Positions 1 through 13,218 of a DNA stretch of 64,000 bases are shown here, one piece after another. A program made the position numbers and the translations under genes. Positions within the stretch are counted from its first letter, which is position 1; each line of letters begins with the position of its first letter. Under the pieces are notes generated by a model. That model was not told where the DNA came from and ran no database searches. It saw only the letters and a list, made by a program, of their open reading frames with translations. Source of the stretch: Amoebidium appalachense (lineage: Eukaryota > Protista > Ichthyosporea). The DNA lies in assembly GCA_963693365.1 (NCBI GenBank), contig CAVNZM010000003.1:9003019-9067018 (forward strand), read 5' to 3'.

Positions 1-91
1 GCTTGCCGTGGTTTACAACCATTGCTGGTTCACTTTCGTCCAAGGGGATGTCCCCCTAGAGGCAACACACGTCCCGGAGTAGTTTTTATAG
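1..91 (+). mobile_element. 3' terminal B repeat of a Ngaro-type YR retrotransposon (rest of the element lies left of the window)
   Basis: Reverse complement of the B repeat at 21370-21460, 41720-41832 and 42324-42410 (ctatgaaaac.actccgggacgtgtgttg...ggacgaaagtgaacc...gtaaaccacggca); ends at the same position (...ttttatag). Confidence 0.85.
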
Positions 92-752
92 AAGATATGT
101 TCCTGATGGCTGGACCCACCCATAAGAGGCCGTGTATAACGAATGGGACGTTACAATAAAACGGGGAAGGGGGGGGGGGGGGAGGGGGGAGGGGGGGGGG
201 GGGAAGGAGGGGGGAAGATAATCACAAGGCAGCACTTGAAAAAGACGGGGTTGGACAATAACTTGTAAAAAAAAAAGAGAACTTAGACAACAGCAACAAC
301 AACCGCAACAGCAAGGAAACAAAAAGAAGAAAAAGAAGAAAAACAGGAATATGAAAAGAACAAACGAGCCCAAAGCATGCATGGTGGGTGTGTACTGCAC
401 ACACTGACCTATATGTGCACTTGTAATGAAACAATATTAAACGGGCGACCACTTATTGTGTGCATATGTAAAACCCACTCCTCAACACGGGCAACAAGAT
501 GTATGCAGAAAAGTTCTGCACGATGCATTTGTGTTCACAACGGACTGGCCGCCATCAACCAATGAGCCTGTCAGCATTATTGCAAACTTAAATTGGGTTG
601 CTTGATTGTGGGAAACCGGTGCTAGCCGTTTTTTTTTTTTTTTTTTTTTTTCTTTCCTTTTTTTTTTTTTTTTTTGGGGGGGGAGGGGGCAAGGGGTGGG
701 GGAAAGGGGGTAGGGGGTAGGAGGGGTGGAGGGAGAGAGAAGGGGGCAGGGG

Positions 753-784
<32 letters not shown>

Positions 785-1072
785 GCGTATGTATGCTCTT
801 TATTATCATGTTTGTGAGCGGTGATGAGGTACCGGCACCAAGGTTCCACCCGATTACAAGGTACATGTGTAGAACTTCCGAACGGTAAGATAGTACTGCA
901 GACATATTATGTGTTGTGGTTTTTCATTTGTTTTTGTTTATGTTATAAAGCAATTGTGAGCACCACTGACTAGAATCGCAAGCTATAATAGTATCTCAGA
1001 TGATGGGGGGGGGGGGGGGGGGGGATAAGTCACTACTCAGAGTCATTCTTGTATCTCTAAGTGAAGGCCTTA

Positions 1073-1358
1073 GACCAAGCCCAACAGTACTGTAAGGAGG
1101 CCTAGTTAGTAACTGGCGGTGGTGTGCCAGTGTATATGTTTTTTTTTTGTTTTTTTTGTTTTTCTTTTTTCCCGATTTCGGTTTTCAAATTGGCTGTTGT
1201 CTCGGCGAGGCGCTTTCATTACAACATCCTTTATCCTGTTCCGTACGGTTTTCCTTCAGTGCTACCCGCGCGCGAGAGTTTTCTTATCGTTCTTTTTTCC
1301 ACCCCCCACTAATTATTCCATAGATCCGACTTTTGGGTGGGTAACAGCCCTGAGGAAG

Positions 1359-1391
<33 letters not shown>

Positions 1392-1668
1392 AAAAAACCG
1401 TTTTATCTCCACAAATGATGTATATCTTGTACTGTATATCTCTTAAGTATATACTGTATGTTGTAACGTCGTTTTCTACATGTGTAGAGTCTTATTGGGT
1501 GGGTAATATCTCTTAGTATCATCACGGTATGTTGTAACGTCGTTTCTACATGTGTAGAGTCTTATTGGGTGGCGTAATATCTCTTAGTATACACGGAATG
1601 TTGTCAGGTCGTTTTCTACATGTGTAGGGTCTTATTGGGTGGAAGCTTCGATACTGTTGGCCTTGGTC
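1073..1668. mobile_element. MITE-like element with 17-bp inverted repeats
   Basis: gaccaagcccaacagta (1073-1089) versus tactgttggccttggtc (1652-1668), 16/17 complementary; non-coding interior with a tandem array; no TSD found. Confidence 0.4.
1433..1642. repeat. Minisatellite, three copies of an approximately 70-bp unit
   Basis: atatctcttagtat...atgttgt...gtcgttttctacatgtgtag.gtcttattgggtgg occurs three times. Confidence 0.9.
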
Positions 1669-2663
1669 CCGACACATCATCACAGCTCACATTTCGATAA
1701 TAAACAGCCCCCCCCCCCCCCCCCCCCCCCCGTGTAATCACATGGCATCAAATTCTTTACTTGGGCAACTTTAAAGGGCGGCCATTTAAGCAGCCCGGAC
1801 ATTGAAGGCCAAAGAGCCGTCACTGAGAAAATCCACACCCTTGCAGAGGGCTTCTGCACGTGCATTCATGACCTTAACGACCTGGCCGCCAACCAAAAAT
1901 GGCCACATGCTGAGATTATATATTAAGTATTTTGGGTGACCTGATTGTGGGATCATAGGTCTTGACAGATTGGTTTTGCTGTGAGCATTACTGGCACGCC
2001 CTCAAAGTACCATGATAATACGAGAATAAGTTAGCTACTCTCCCCACACCGCCTCATCCCGCGGAAACCCACTTTCTTCTCAAAAATCTTTATACCTCCC
2101 TCTTCCCCCCTCTCACACCCGCCCTTTCTCGCCCTCTCCCTCTCCTCTCTATCCCCATTTTTTCCCTCTCCCTGCCCCTCTCCCTCCCTCTTCCATTCTC
2201 TCCCCTCCCTCTCCCATTCTCTCCTTTTTTCTCTTCTCCCCCCCCCCCCCCCCCCCCTTTCTTTCTCCCTCGCTTCTCTCTCTCTCGCCCCCTCCGCCCC
2301 CTGCCCCCCCGAAACCCCACCCTCCCCGGCCCACCCCAATACCACTTCCACCAGGAAGACATTAAAACCATGCACCAACACCCTTTATTCATACAACTAA
2401 TTTCCCGGTACCCCATTTTCTCTTTCTTTTTCTGTGGTTTTGCTGTGGGGTTCGCCTCCCCGGCAGGTGTCACGTGTATAGAGGCATGTGGGACGGGGAG
2501 GGGATGAGGAGGGGGCCGGGGGAGGGGGGGGGGGGAGGGGGGGGGGTTACACTGAGCAATCATTTCCAGTTTGTGTGAATGGAGGATGCTGGTGGTGTGT
2601 TGTATGGTGCTGTTAGATTTTTTTTAATTGATTTTTTCTTGTTTTGTTTTTTTTGGTTTGTGT

Positions 2664-2710
<47 letters not shown>

Positions 2711-3092
2711 TGGTTTTGAGACCTTCCCGTGCCTCAAGTTGGGCAGAGCCTTTACAGAAACCCTTCTAGCATAACAGCATGTTCTCAAAACATATAGGCT
2801 CTGGAGGGATGAACCCACCCAAAAAACGCCGTGGGGTATGAAAAAGTGTTAATAAAACTATGATACAACAGTGAAAAAGACTTGCAAGGAAAAAGACGGT
2901 GCAAGCAAGGCCTTATGTAAAACACTTAGCCGAAAATAACAACAACAGCATCATCAGCATCAAAAAAAAAAAAAATTAAAAAAAGGAGAAGAGTGGAAAG
3001 AAGAAAGGAAAACAGGAGCCCAAAGCATGCCGGGTGGCTGTTTACTATACACTGACCTAGCAGTAATGCAAAATGCAAGTTGTGTAAGTAAG

Positions 3093-3305
3093 AACATTTA
3101 CCCACAGGTGACTCAGCGGCTGGGGTGAAAACCCTGGGCTAAGTATGTACAAATGGTTAGGATTGGTAATGGGGTGTTAGTTTAGCTGATGGCACCGTAA
3201 CACCCTAGCTAGAGTATATTCGGCGCTGGGTGGAAGACGGTAGTTCCTCTGAGGGCCCCTGAGGGTCCCTGAGGACACAAATAAAAAGGAGAAAAAGAAA
3301 AAATA
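3093..3305 (+). mobile_element. Short retroposed insertion (SINE or 5'-truncated LINE 3' end)
   Basis: Flanked by the direct repeat TAAGTAAG (3085-3092, 3306-3313); A-rich 3' end starting aataaa; removing it restores the module consensus tgtgtaa...ggc.t.ga.ttcttt. Confidence 0.55.
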
Positions 3306-4194
3306 TAAGTAAGGGCTTTGAGTTCTTTATTTTAGGCAACTTTATGGGGGCAACCGCCTGTCGTGTACCTTCAACTGCAGAATGAATCTGCACTTGCATT
3401 CAACTTCACAACGGACTGGCCGCCCAAAAAACATAAGCCTGCCAGTGGTAAAGTCACAATAAAAGATTTGCGGATGCTTGATTGTGGGGATGCGGTTTCA
3501 ACCGGCGGGAGATGGGGAGAGGGGGGGGGAGGGGGAAGGGAAACGGGGGAGTGTGTGTGTGTGTGTGGGGGGGGGGGGGGAGGGGGGGGAGGGGGGGGAG
3601 GGGGGGGGGGGGGGCATGCCGTTAAGCTGTGATGAGGTACCGGCACCCTGTTAACAATACTCCCACCAAACAAGGTACATATGTAGATTACGACGATACA
3701 GGAGAGTACTGCAAAGCCCGGAGCTCATGATCATGTGGTAAAGAACCTAGTGTTTCTCTCTTTCTTTTTTGGTTTTTTTTTGTTTTTTTTTTTGGGGGGG
3801 GGGGTATGAGAAAGTTGTGAGCCTGCACTAGAAGGTAACCCAATCTTAGTCACAGTATCTCAGATGGATGATTATCATGCAATGTTAGGAGTTGTGGGGG
3901 AGGAAGAGGAGGGGGGTCTGGGAGGGGGCCCGGGGGTTGTGTGTGTGGGGGGGGAGAGGGGGGGAAGGGGGGGGGGGGGGGGGGAGCGGAGGACTAGGTA
4001 TTTGGTTCTGAAGAAGCCCTTTCTATTTAACTTGACTTGAACTAAATACAATTGACAACATCTCTTAAGGACGGACTATACCACGACCAATCAAAAGTAG
4101 GGGGTTAACTGGTAGTGGCAGGCGGTGATGGTGTTGTTTTGATTTTGAAAGTTTTTTTGTGAGGTCTGAAAGGGCGGTGGGTGGGTGGGTGGGT

Positions 4195-4225
<31 letters not shown>

Positions 4226-5096
4226 AGAGGGGGGCGGGGGGGGGGGGGGGGGGGGGGGGGGGGAAGAGGGGGGGGCGGGGGGGGGGGGGGGGGGAGGGGA
4301 AGTAATGGCCAAAATCCCAATGCCTGCCGGGCAACTTTTCAAAACGGAAAAAAAGGGAGGAGGATAGAGGGATGATCTGATGAAGAAAGGAAAGGGCGGG
4401 GGGAGGGGGGAAGGGGGAGGGGGGGAGGGGGGAGGGGAAGGGGGGGGGGGGGGGAGGAGGGGGGAGTGGAAGATTGTGTGGCTTCCGAGGGAATTTTTGC
4501 TTTGCGCAGTCTGTGGTGATGAATACAATTATGATAGAGGCTGGAAAATTAAGCAGCATGAAACAACAACCAATTGGAAAGCCGGTACCAAGAGAAAACG
4601 ATCAAAAATGAAAGAAAAATGAAAAAGCATGCAAACTGTGTGTGGGTCCAGTGAGCTGGCAGCAACCCAGCTCTGGAACCATGCCGCCATTGTGTGATCT
4701 AATGGCATCGAATTATTTACTTAGGCAACTTCAAAGGAGCGGCCCATTATGCCTCACACACTTCAAGTTGGAGAAAAAGTGCTGCAACACTGACGATGCC
4801 ACTGCGTCTGCAGTATAGTTCTGCAAATACATTCGTGGTCACAGTGGATTGGCCGCCAACAAAAGATGGTCAACCTGTACTATTTTGGGTGGTTTAATTG
4901 TGGGACCCCGGTCTTAACACACTGGTTTTTATGGGGGTGTTAAGAATACCTATTTACGTGTGTGTGGTGGTGATTGGGGGGGGGGGGGGGGGGGGGGGGG
5001 GGAGGGAAGAAAGGGGGGAGGTGGGGGAGGGAAGAAAGGGGGGCAGGGGGAGGGGGATGGTTGAGGGGGGAGGGGGAGGGGAGGGGAGGGGGGTTA

Positions 5097-5252
<156 letters not shown>

Positions 5253-5599
5253 CGAACATGGGCCAAGGGCGGGGGGGGGGGGGGGGGAGGGGGCTCTTCA
5301 CCTAAGGAGCCACGGAAGGGACAACTGAAAAGTACAAAAGAAACCTGTTTTTTCCCGTCCAGAATATTTTTAGGTTATTGATCAATTCAATCGGGGCTTT
5401 TGTGGATTAATGAGACAGTATGATCTTTCAGTGTTATATTCAAAGCATTCACTGCTGTTTATAGTTGCTTACAGCGGGTCACTGAGTCAACTATTTAATT
5501 AAACAAGCACAATTGAGAGAGCCGCGGAAATATCTGTTTGACAAATCTAGCGACCACTATGTTTGTGTGAACTTCAAGAGATAATTCAGCTGTTTTTGC

Positions 5600-6037
5600 G
5601 CAGTTGAGAAAGCCTCATTTACTCACTAAAGTTTCTGGATGATTGAGATAGGCTCACCTATTTATGAGTAACCGGGATATTTTGTCAACTTGTGGGTAGT
5701 TGAAACAGTCTCATCTATTTATGGGCAATGAAAAAGTGGCTTCTATTTTTGGGTGAGTTGAGATAGTCTCATCTATTATATATGGTTAGTTGAGATGCCA
5801 CATCATTTTCTGTTGAATTAAGATAGTCTCATCTATATATGGATAGCCGAGATAGCCACGAAGTTATGTTGGATTGAGATAGTCACATCTATTTCTGAAT
5901 TTTGATATGGCATTGGGGTACTTTAGGTAGCCTGGCAACTCAGTTCTGGGTGATCAAAAAAGATAATAACGGGATGATTGAACTAACCTCTACTATCTCT
6001 AGGTGACTGATTTAGTCACCAAAGTTTTTTTATAGTG
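5600..6037 (-). mobile_element. Probable CACTA/EnSpm terminus with subterminal repeat array
   Basis: Ends ...ttttttatagtg (CACTATAAAAAAA on - strand); ttgagatagtctcatctat-like motif recurs at about 57-59 bp spacing (5643, 5700, 5759, 5818, 5874). Partner end not found. Confidence 0.5.
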
Positions 6038-6070
6038 ACTCTATTGGTGTTCTCGTCACAATAGGCACAA

Positions 6071-6995
6071 TGTTAAATTGTATAAGTATTTGGGATGTAA
6101 GCAGAGACACAGTGGTGCAGTGTGAAAACACCACAGACACACACAACAACAAAACACGGAACGATCGGAGCAGTGTACACAACAGACATCAATGTTTAGA
6201 CACGACTGAACTGAATTTATTCTGATCTTCGAATAAATACCTGAAATTCCTCTAAGTCCAATCCATACATGATTTCCGACCAGTCGGAAATCAGATCTAT
6301 CTCTAATAGAAACCAATCACTAAGAACCAATTGCTTTCAGAGAGATCCGGTACGCGGAGACGCACACGATAGGACACAGACACTAGTTAAGGTCAACTCG
6401 TGTCATCATCAAGGAAATTCTAACCTATGACATACTGCAAAGACTCAGACATATCACACTTAACCTTGATGATTGGTTAAAGCCCGGCAACACATGAAAA
6501 CTAAAGTAAATTAATGAAGTCTAAACACACATGCTATTCTAAGTGTAGCCTAAGTGTGTTACCGTCCAATGAGCACGTATTAAGTAACACAAATCTACCT
6601 AACATATATTAGTAGAAAAGAAATACAATTATACACACGAAGACAAAGAGAGAAAGAAAAGAAAATAAGGAAGGAGAAGGAGGAAGGAAAAGAGAGCACA
6701 GATCAACAAACAAGATAGTAATAGCATAACTATAACCAGAGATATTTATGTACACACGAACATGTACACGTCTCTCCCTGAGTGGGTGGATCCGTGTACA
6801 CACATATAAATATTCTAATCGATATTACAATACACGATTAGAGCCGATACAACACGATTACAAGTAAACAAGCATATCGGAGATCGATGCTACACTTTAC
6901 ATAATAGGAGTGTGGCATATACACTAAGCATATGAACTGAAACATAACACAAACTGAGAAGATCTTACCATATGTAGATACTACGTATTACAACA
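6071..6995 (-). repeat. Copia-A 3' LTR
   Basis: tgttaaattg...attacaaca; preceded on - strand by the PPT (6996-7003). Confidence 0.96.
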
Positions 6996-7415
6996 TCCCC
7001 ACTTAAGACTTTGAAGTTTGTGTTATCATATCCCCACTGAACTAGTGAAATCTCCCCACTTGAGAACAGAAACGAAAAAAAAAAAATTAAAGTGTGTACT
7101 TTTCCGGGGGGGGGGGGGGGGGGGAAGGGGGGGAGGGGGGGGGAAGGGGGGGGGGAAGGGGGGGGGGGGGAGGGGGGGGGAAGGGGGGGGGGGGAAGGAA
7201 CCGGGGCAAAAACAACGAATATGTATAACGTGTATAGTCGGGGTTTGATTAACTGGGTTTTAAACCAGTGAAAGATAGAGTAGAGTGATGGTACAGGTCA
7301 AACCTTATATATAAACCCTAAGTGGGCATACCCACAAAGGCAATATACATATGAAATAATGAATATGATAAAGTAAGTAGTAAACATTAGAAAATCACTC
7401 TTGAAGTAGGACGGG

Positions 7416-10400
7416 TCAATCCACAATATCCGGCAGACAAAGTTTAGCACGATGGTGGACATGACTCGGGCCGGGGAGGGGTTTGGTGAGGATGTCAGCT
7501 AAGTTGTGGGCTGATTCAACGTAGTGGACAACCACATCCCCACTTGCAATGTAGTCCTTGGTGTTGTGATACCGGACGGCAATGTGTTTGGTACGGTGCT
7601 TGATGCCGGTGGAGTTGACGATGGCAATGGTCGACTGGTTGTCACAGTACACCGGAGTCGGAGCAAGCATGGGGCAGCCGAGTTCCTTGAAGAGGTCACG
7701 GACCCAAGCAACTTCTTGGGTGCCAGCATTGAGAGCAATCAGCTCAGCTTCAGTGGTGCTGGTGGCCGTGATGGGCTGGAGCTTGGAGTACCAGATGATA
7801 GGCATACCAGCAAACTCGATGATGTAGCCGGTGGTAGACTTCTTGCTGTCGGCACAACCAGCAAAGTCAGCATCCGTGTAGCATTCGAGTATGGGGGGCT
7901 GGGTGGTCGAGTACTTGTAGTCAATGCCAAGGTCAATGGTGCCGAGCAGGTACCGGGCCACACGACGGAGAAGGTCCCAGTGAGCCTTGCCGGGGTTGGT
8001 GCTGAACCGACCAAGGAAGCCGATGGCATAGGCAATGTCGGGACGTGTGCACCGTGCCACCCAGAGGAGACGGCCGAGTAACTCACGGTAGGGCACGGTG
8101 AACGGTTGGGGGGGGCAGTCAGCCAGGGAGACGGTGGTGCCTGCAGGGATGGGGGTAGACTTGGACTTGGCATCGGTGAGGTTGAAGTCGTGGATGATAT
8201 CCATGATGTAAGAACTCTGGTGCATGTGGAGGTGATGGGGATCAGAGTGATTAAAATCAACACCGAGCATACGGTCAAATGGACTCATACGACAGCTGGC
8301 CATCTTGCTGATGTGGGCAGCCAGGTCACTGGCAGCAGTAGAACCCCGGGTGTTGGTGATGGTGGAGTCGTCGACGTAGTTACCAGCCCGAACCACATCG
8401 TTGTTGGGGAAGAACCGGAGGTAGATGCACGGGTCGGTCTTAGTACGGGTCAGGCCATGGGCAAGAAGAATGCCGTCGAGGAAGTCGTACCAAGCCTTGG
8501 AGGCTTGCTTGAGGCCGTACAGGGCTTTCTTGAGTCTCCAGACCTTGCCAAGTGTGGCCATGGTGATGAATCCCGGGGGTTGTTTCATGTAGATGGTCTC
8601 GGTGAGTGGGCTGTTGAGAAAGGCCGTAGACACGTCGAGTTGATGGATGTCATGACCTTCAACAACGGCCAGAGCTAGGATAGCACGGAGAGCAGCCGGA
8701 CGGATGACAGGGCTCTCAATCAACTCATAGTCAACACCGTATTGCTGACTGAAGCCTTGAGCAACACCACGTGCCTTGATCTTGGTGTCACCAGCCGAGT
8801 TGAGAGTTTTCTCGGAGACAATCCACTTGAAGCCGACGATGTTAGCACCAGGGGGAGGGTCAACAAGTTCAAAGATGTCTTTGTCGACGAAGGCTTGATA
8901 CTCAGCAGTGAGGGCTGACTTGACCTGGTCACCATTGGGTCCGGAACACAGTTGACGGACAAGTTTGGGTAGTTGGTCGATGTTGATGGGGGGACCGGGG
9001 GGGACGGGGAGGGTGGTGGTGGCTTGAAGTCCAACCTTGCCCTGTAGACGGGCAGAACGACGGGGTGCAGGAACCGGGGGAGGTGGAGACGGGGGGGGGG
9101 GGAACTTGGAAGTTCGGAATTGCAGGGGGGGGCAACCTCCGGGCTGGACGGGGCCGAGTGGAAGTTGTCGGGGGAGCCGGGTCGGATGGGTGTGACGTTG
9201 CCAGGGGCAGGATGAGGGTCGGCAGGCTGGACGGGCACGGGGGCAGGGGGGCCGGTGGGGGGGGGTGTCGGGGGAACGACGATGGCAGGAGGGGGGCCAG
9301 AGTACACCAGACAAACATCATCTTCAGTGTCAACTGTGGGGGGTGGGGTGGTCGGGGTAGCAGTGGTGTCGGGGGTCGGAAGTGTTGATGGAATGTCGGA
9401 CGGGAGATAAGCTGATTCGTCGAAAATCACATCACGGAAGAGGCCGACACGATGGGTGGTGGGATTGAAGATCCGGTGGCAGTGTGATTGAAGATCATAG
9501 CCGATGTACATGCCGAGTTTGACGGTGGGGGCCAGCTTGTTCCGTTTAGAGGCTGGCACATGAGTGTAGGCAGGGCAACCGAACACCTTGAGCTCGGAGA
9601 TGTCGGGCTTGACACCGTAGAAAACCTCGAATGGTGTACGACCATTGGCAGTCGTGGACGGGGTGACGTTGATGATGTAGGCGGCATGTTGGATGGCCTC
9701 AGCCCACAGTTTGACTGATCTTGGACTTGATGGAGGAGGCAACGAACAATCTCTTGGAGGAACCGCATACGACGTTCAACATAGCCGTTCAGTCGAGGGC
9801 AGTCCACCGGAGCATAGCTGGCCTTGATGCCCTGGGAGAGGCAAAAAGCACGGGTAGCCTTGGAGGTGAACTCAGAGCCGGAGTCGAAGTGGTAGACACC
9901 AACTTTGGAGGGGGCATGGGTAGCAACGAGGTTGGTGTGAGCTGTGAGAATGTCCAGGGTGGTTGTACGGTCGGCCATCGGGTAGATCTTGACGAGTCCA
10001 GAGGCACGGCAGACAGTGACGAGAGCAACCTTGGAACCTCCGTACGATGTTGTGGTAGGCTCAAAAAAATCCCAATGCCATTCATGACCGGGGATGTTGG
10101 AGTGAGGACGGTCACCCTTGAACGGAGCCTTGGTGGTTTTACCCATAATACAGCCATGACAATCAGGAACATCACAGCCGAGGACAGACGAGGGGAGACC
10201 AATAACAAGGTCGTGTTTCACCATGTCCTTGATGCTGGTCATAGCACGGTGCCCCAGACGATGGTGCCAGATGGATGGGTTAACACTGGTAGTGGCAGCC
10301 AGAGCCACAGGACGAGTGGGTGGTTGAATGGTGTAGTCCTTGAAGTAATACAGACCGTTGTGTAGATGGAGGTTGACGAGATGACGGCCGGTGAGTCGGT

Positions 10401-11814
10401 CGAAGAGGAATGTCGGAGTGGAGGCATCATTCAAATCACCCTTGATGTATTCGGCAGCAGCTTGGGATGTTGAAATGAGGAAGGCTTGGCCAGACGGGGT
10501 GTAGTAGGCTTCAATGGTAAGGGTGGCAGTGCCATGGTCGGTGGTGGTGTTGATGACGATATGGCCGGTGTGAGTGGCCAAGACGGGGGTGCCATTGAAG
10601 GCAGCAACGGGAGTCGGTGTCGGAAGGGGAGTGAGGTCATGGAAGAACTCACGGGTGGGGCAGACAGTCATGTTGCACCCGGAATCCCAGGCAGGGTCGG
10701 AGGACACGGGGACGGAGCTAGCATTGTATGCCGAGAAAGCAAAGGAGACAGATTTCTCACTGCCTTGACGGGAACGGTTGTGTCTGGACATACGGCATTT
10801 CGGCTCAGGGTAATCGATGATCGTGTGATCAGGCTCGTGGCAGTAGGAGCATGCTTTCACGGACGGGGTGTTAGAACGAGCCGGGGAATCAGAACGACGG
10901 GAACCCGAGAAACGGGAACGACTGGGGGAACGAGACGTGGACCGGAAGGCAGGCCGGTGGGGGGAACGGGATCGGGTGTGCTGACGGGAGAGACGAGTTC
11001 GGAGGTCCGTGCCAGGGGTACGGTCAAGTCGGTTGCGTAAGTCACGGCGAGGAAGATCACGGGGGGGAGCACTGGCATTTAATGCCATGCTGGACTTGGA
11101 GGCACGGTGGGCACGGTTGCTCCGGAGTTGCATCTTGAGGTCTTGACGTAACTCGATGCCCTTGACGTGGTTGTGGAGGGACTCGAAGTCGGGGAATAGC
11201 TTATCACCGAGGTGATAGTCTTCGATAAGACGGTTGAACTCAGGGGTGAGGTCGTCTCTGGTGGTGAGTTCATTGAAGAACTTCTCAGCTAGACGAGTGA
11301 AGTGAATGGACTCATCTTGGAGGGACTGGAGCTGGTTCACGATGGTCTGCAGACGACTCAGGTAGGTGGTGAATGATTCACCGGGCTGAAGGGCACAGGC
11401 ATCCCACTGACGGTGAAGGATGCGGATCTGATCGGGTTTGCCTTGGAGGTAGTGTTGACGGAATTTCCACATGGCCCGTTCAGGGTCCATGCCAATACGG
11501 TACTGGGCAACGGTGGTGAGGACGGAAGGGTCGATGTTCTGTATCATATGGAGCAGGAGGCAATTGCGGGCCTCCTTGAGTTCCGCGGTAGTGCCGTAGC
11601 CATAGAAGGGGGGTTCACCGTCAACCGCGACGGTGGTAGGGGGGACGTAGTTGTCAGCAAGTACAACATCCACGAGTCGGACACCTTTAGTGCCGGTCAT
11701 CATGCCGAGAAAAATGATTTCCCATTGAAAATAGGTGGTTTTGCTATCGGGACCAGTCTTCCCTTCACCTTTCCACATGGTTATTTTGTTTACACCAGTT
11801 TTGTTTGGATCCAT
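7416..11814 (-). pseudogene. Copia gag-pol polyprotein, copy 1 (two frameshifts)
   Basis: ATG at 11814 (MDPNKTG); degenerate Zn knuckle CSYCHEPDHTIIDY; protease WDSGC; integrase WHHRLGH/CHGC, HWD...FDSGSEF...NGYVER; RT KARGVAQGF, LYGLKQ, YVDD; RNaseH YTDADFAG, STTEAE, CDNQ, ADILTK. Frameshifts near 9725 and 9100. Confidence 0.95.
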
Positions 11815-11876
11815 GATTGAAAAACGAGCGCTAGTTCTAGATGTGTGTAGGGAGCGTGCAAAAGGGCTGCATAACC

Positions 11877-12801
11877 TGTTAAATTGTATAAGTATTTGGG
11901 ATGTAAGCAGAGACACAGTGGTGCAGTGTGAAAACACCACAGACACACACAACAACAAAACACGGAACGATCGGAGCAGTGTACACAACAGACATCAATG
12001 TTTAGACACGACTGAACTGAATTTATTCTGATCTTCGAATAAATACCTGAAATTCCTCTAAGTCCAATCCATACATGATTTCCGACCAGTCGGAAATCAG
12101 ATCTATCTCTAATAGAAACCAATCACTAAGAACCAATTGCTTTCAGAGAGATCCGGTACGCGGAGACGCACACGATAGGACACAGACACTAGTTAAGGTC
12201 AACTCGTGTCATCATCAAGGAAATTCTAACCTATGACATACTGCAAAGACTCAGACATATCACACTTAACCTTGATGATTGGTTAAAGCCCGGCAACACA
12301 TGAAAACTAAAGTAAATTAATGAAGTCTAAACACACATGCTATTCTAAGTGTAGCCTAAGTGTGTTACCGTCCAATGAGCACGTATTAAGTAACACAAAT
12401 CTACCTAACATATATTAGTAGAAAAGAAATACAATTATACACACGAAGACAAAGAGAGAAAGAAAAGAAAATAAGGAAGGAGAAGGAGGAAGGAAAAGAG
12501 AGCACAGATCAACAAACAAGATAGTAATAGCATAACTATAACCAGAGATATTTATGTACACACGAACATGTACACGTCTCTCCCTGAGTGGGTGGATCCG
12601 TGTACACACATATAAATATTCTAATCGATATTACAATACACGATTAGAGCCGATACAACACGATTACAAGTAAACAAGCATATCGGAGATCGATGCTACA
12701 CTTTACATAATAGGAGTGTGGCATATACACTAAGCATATGAACTGAAACATAACACAAACTGAGAAGATCTTACCATATGTAGATACTACGTATTACAAC
12801 A
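11877..12801 (-). repeat. Copia-A shared middle LTR
   Basis: Matches 6071-6995; has a PBS on one side and a PPT on the other. Confidence 0.96.
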
Positions 12802-13218
12802 TCCCCACTTAAGACTTTGAAGTTTGTGTTATCATATCCCCACTGAACTAGTGAAATCTCCCCACTTGAGAACAGAAACGAAAAAAAAAAAAATTAAAGT
12901 GTGTACTTTTCCGCGGGGGGGGGGGGGGGGAAGGGGGGGAGGGGGGGGGAAGGGGGGGGAAGGGGGGGGGGGGAGGGGGGGGGAAGGGGGGGGGGGGAAG
13001 GAACCGGGGCAAAAACAACGAATATGTATAACGTGTATAGTCGGGGTTTGATTAACTGGGTTTTAAACCAGTGAAAGATAGAGTAGAGTGATGGTACAGG
13101 TCAAACCTTATATATAAACCCTAAGTGGGCATACCCACAAAGGCAATATACATATGAAATAATGAATATGATAAAGTAAGTAGTAAACATTAGAAAATCA
13201 CTCTTGAAGTAGGACGGG

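Larger units (their letters stand above)
367..4930 (+). pseudogene. Four degenerate copies of an unidentified coding-like module (about 420-625, 1735-1980, 3310-3505, 4695-4930), arranged as two roughly 2.8-kb units
   Basis: Recurrent blocks ggcaact / gga(c/t)tggccgcc / cttgattgtggg; + strand consensus about GIEFFTWATLKGRP...LQ..SA..F..TTDWPP.K......FG.LDCG; the flanking blocks gagcccaaagcatgc (367, 3017) and tgatgaggtaccggcacc (822, 3630) are also duplicated; stops and frameshifts in every copy. Strand not certain. Confidence 0.5.

Noticed and set aside
5640-5895. CRISPR-like periodicity (about 19-bp repeat every 57-59 bp)
   Set aside because: Repeats are degenerate, spacers resemble each other, no cas genes, eukaryotic context; better explained as CACTA subterminal repeats.
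9700-9745. Programmed frameshift in the Copia integrase, since both copies share it
   Set aside because: No slippery heptamer, it falls inside the integrase, and the two copies derive from one duplication, so they are not independent evidence.
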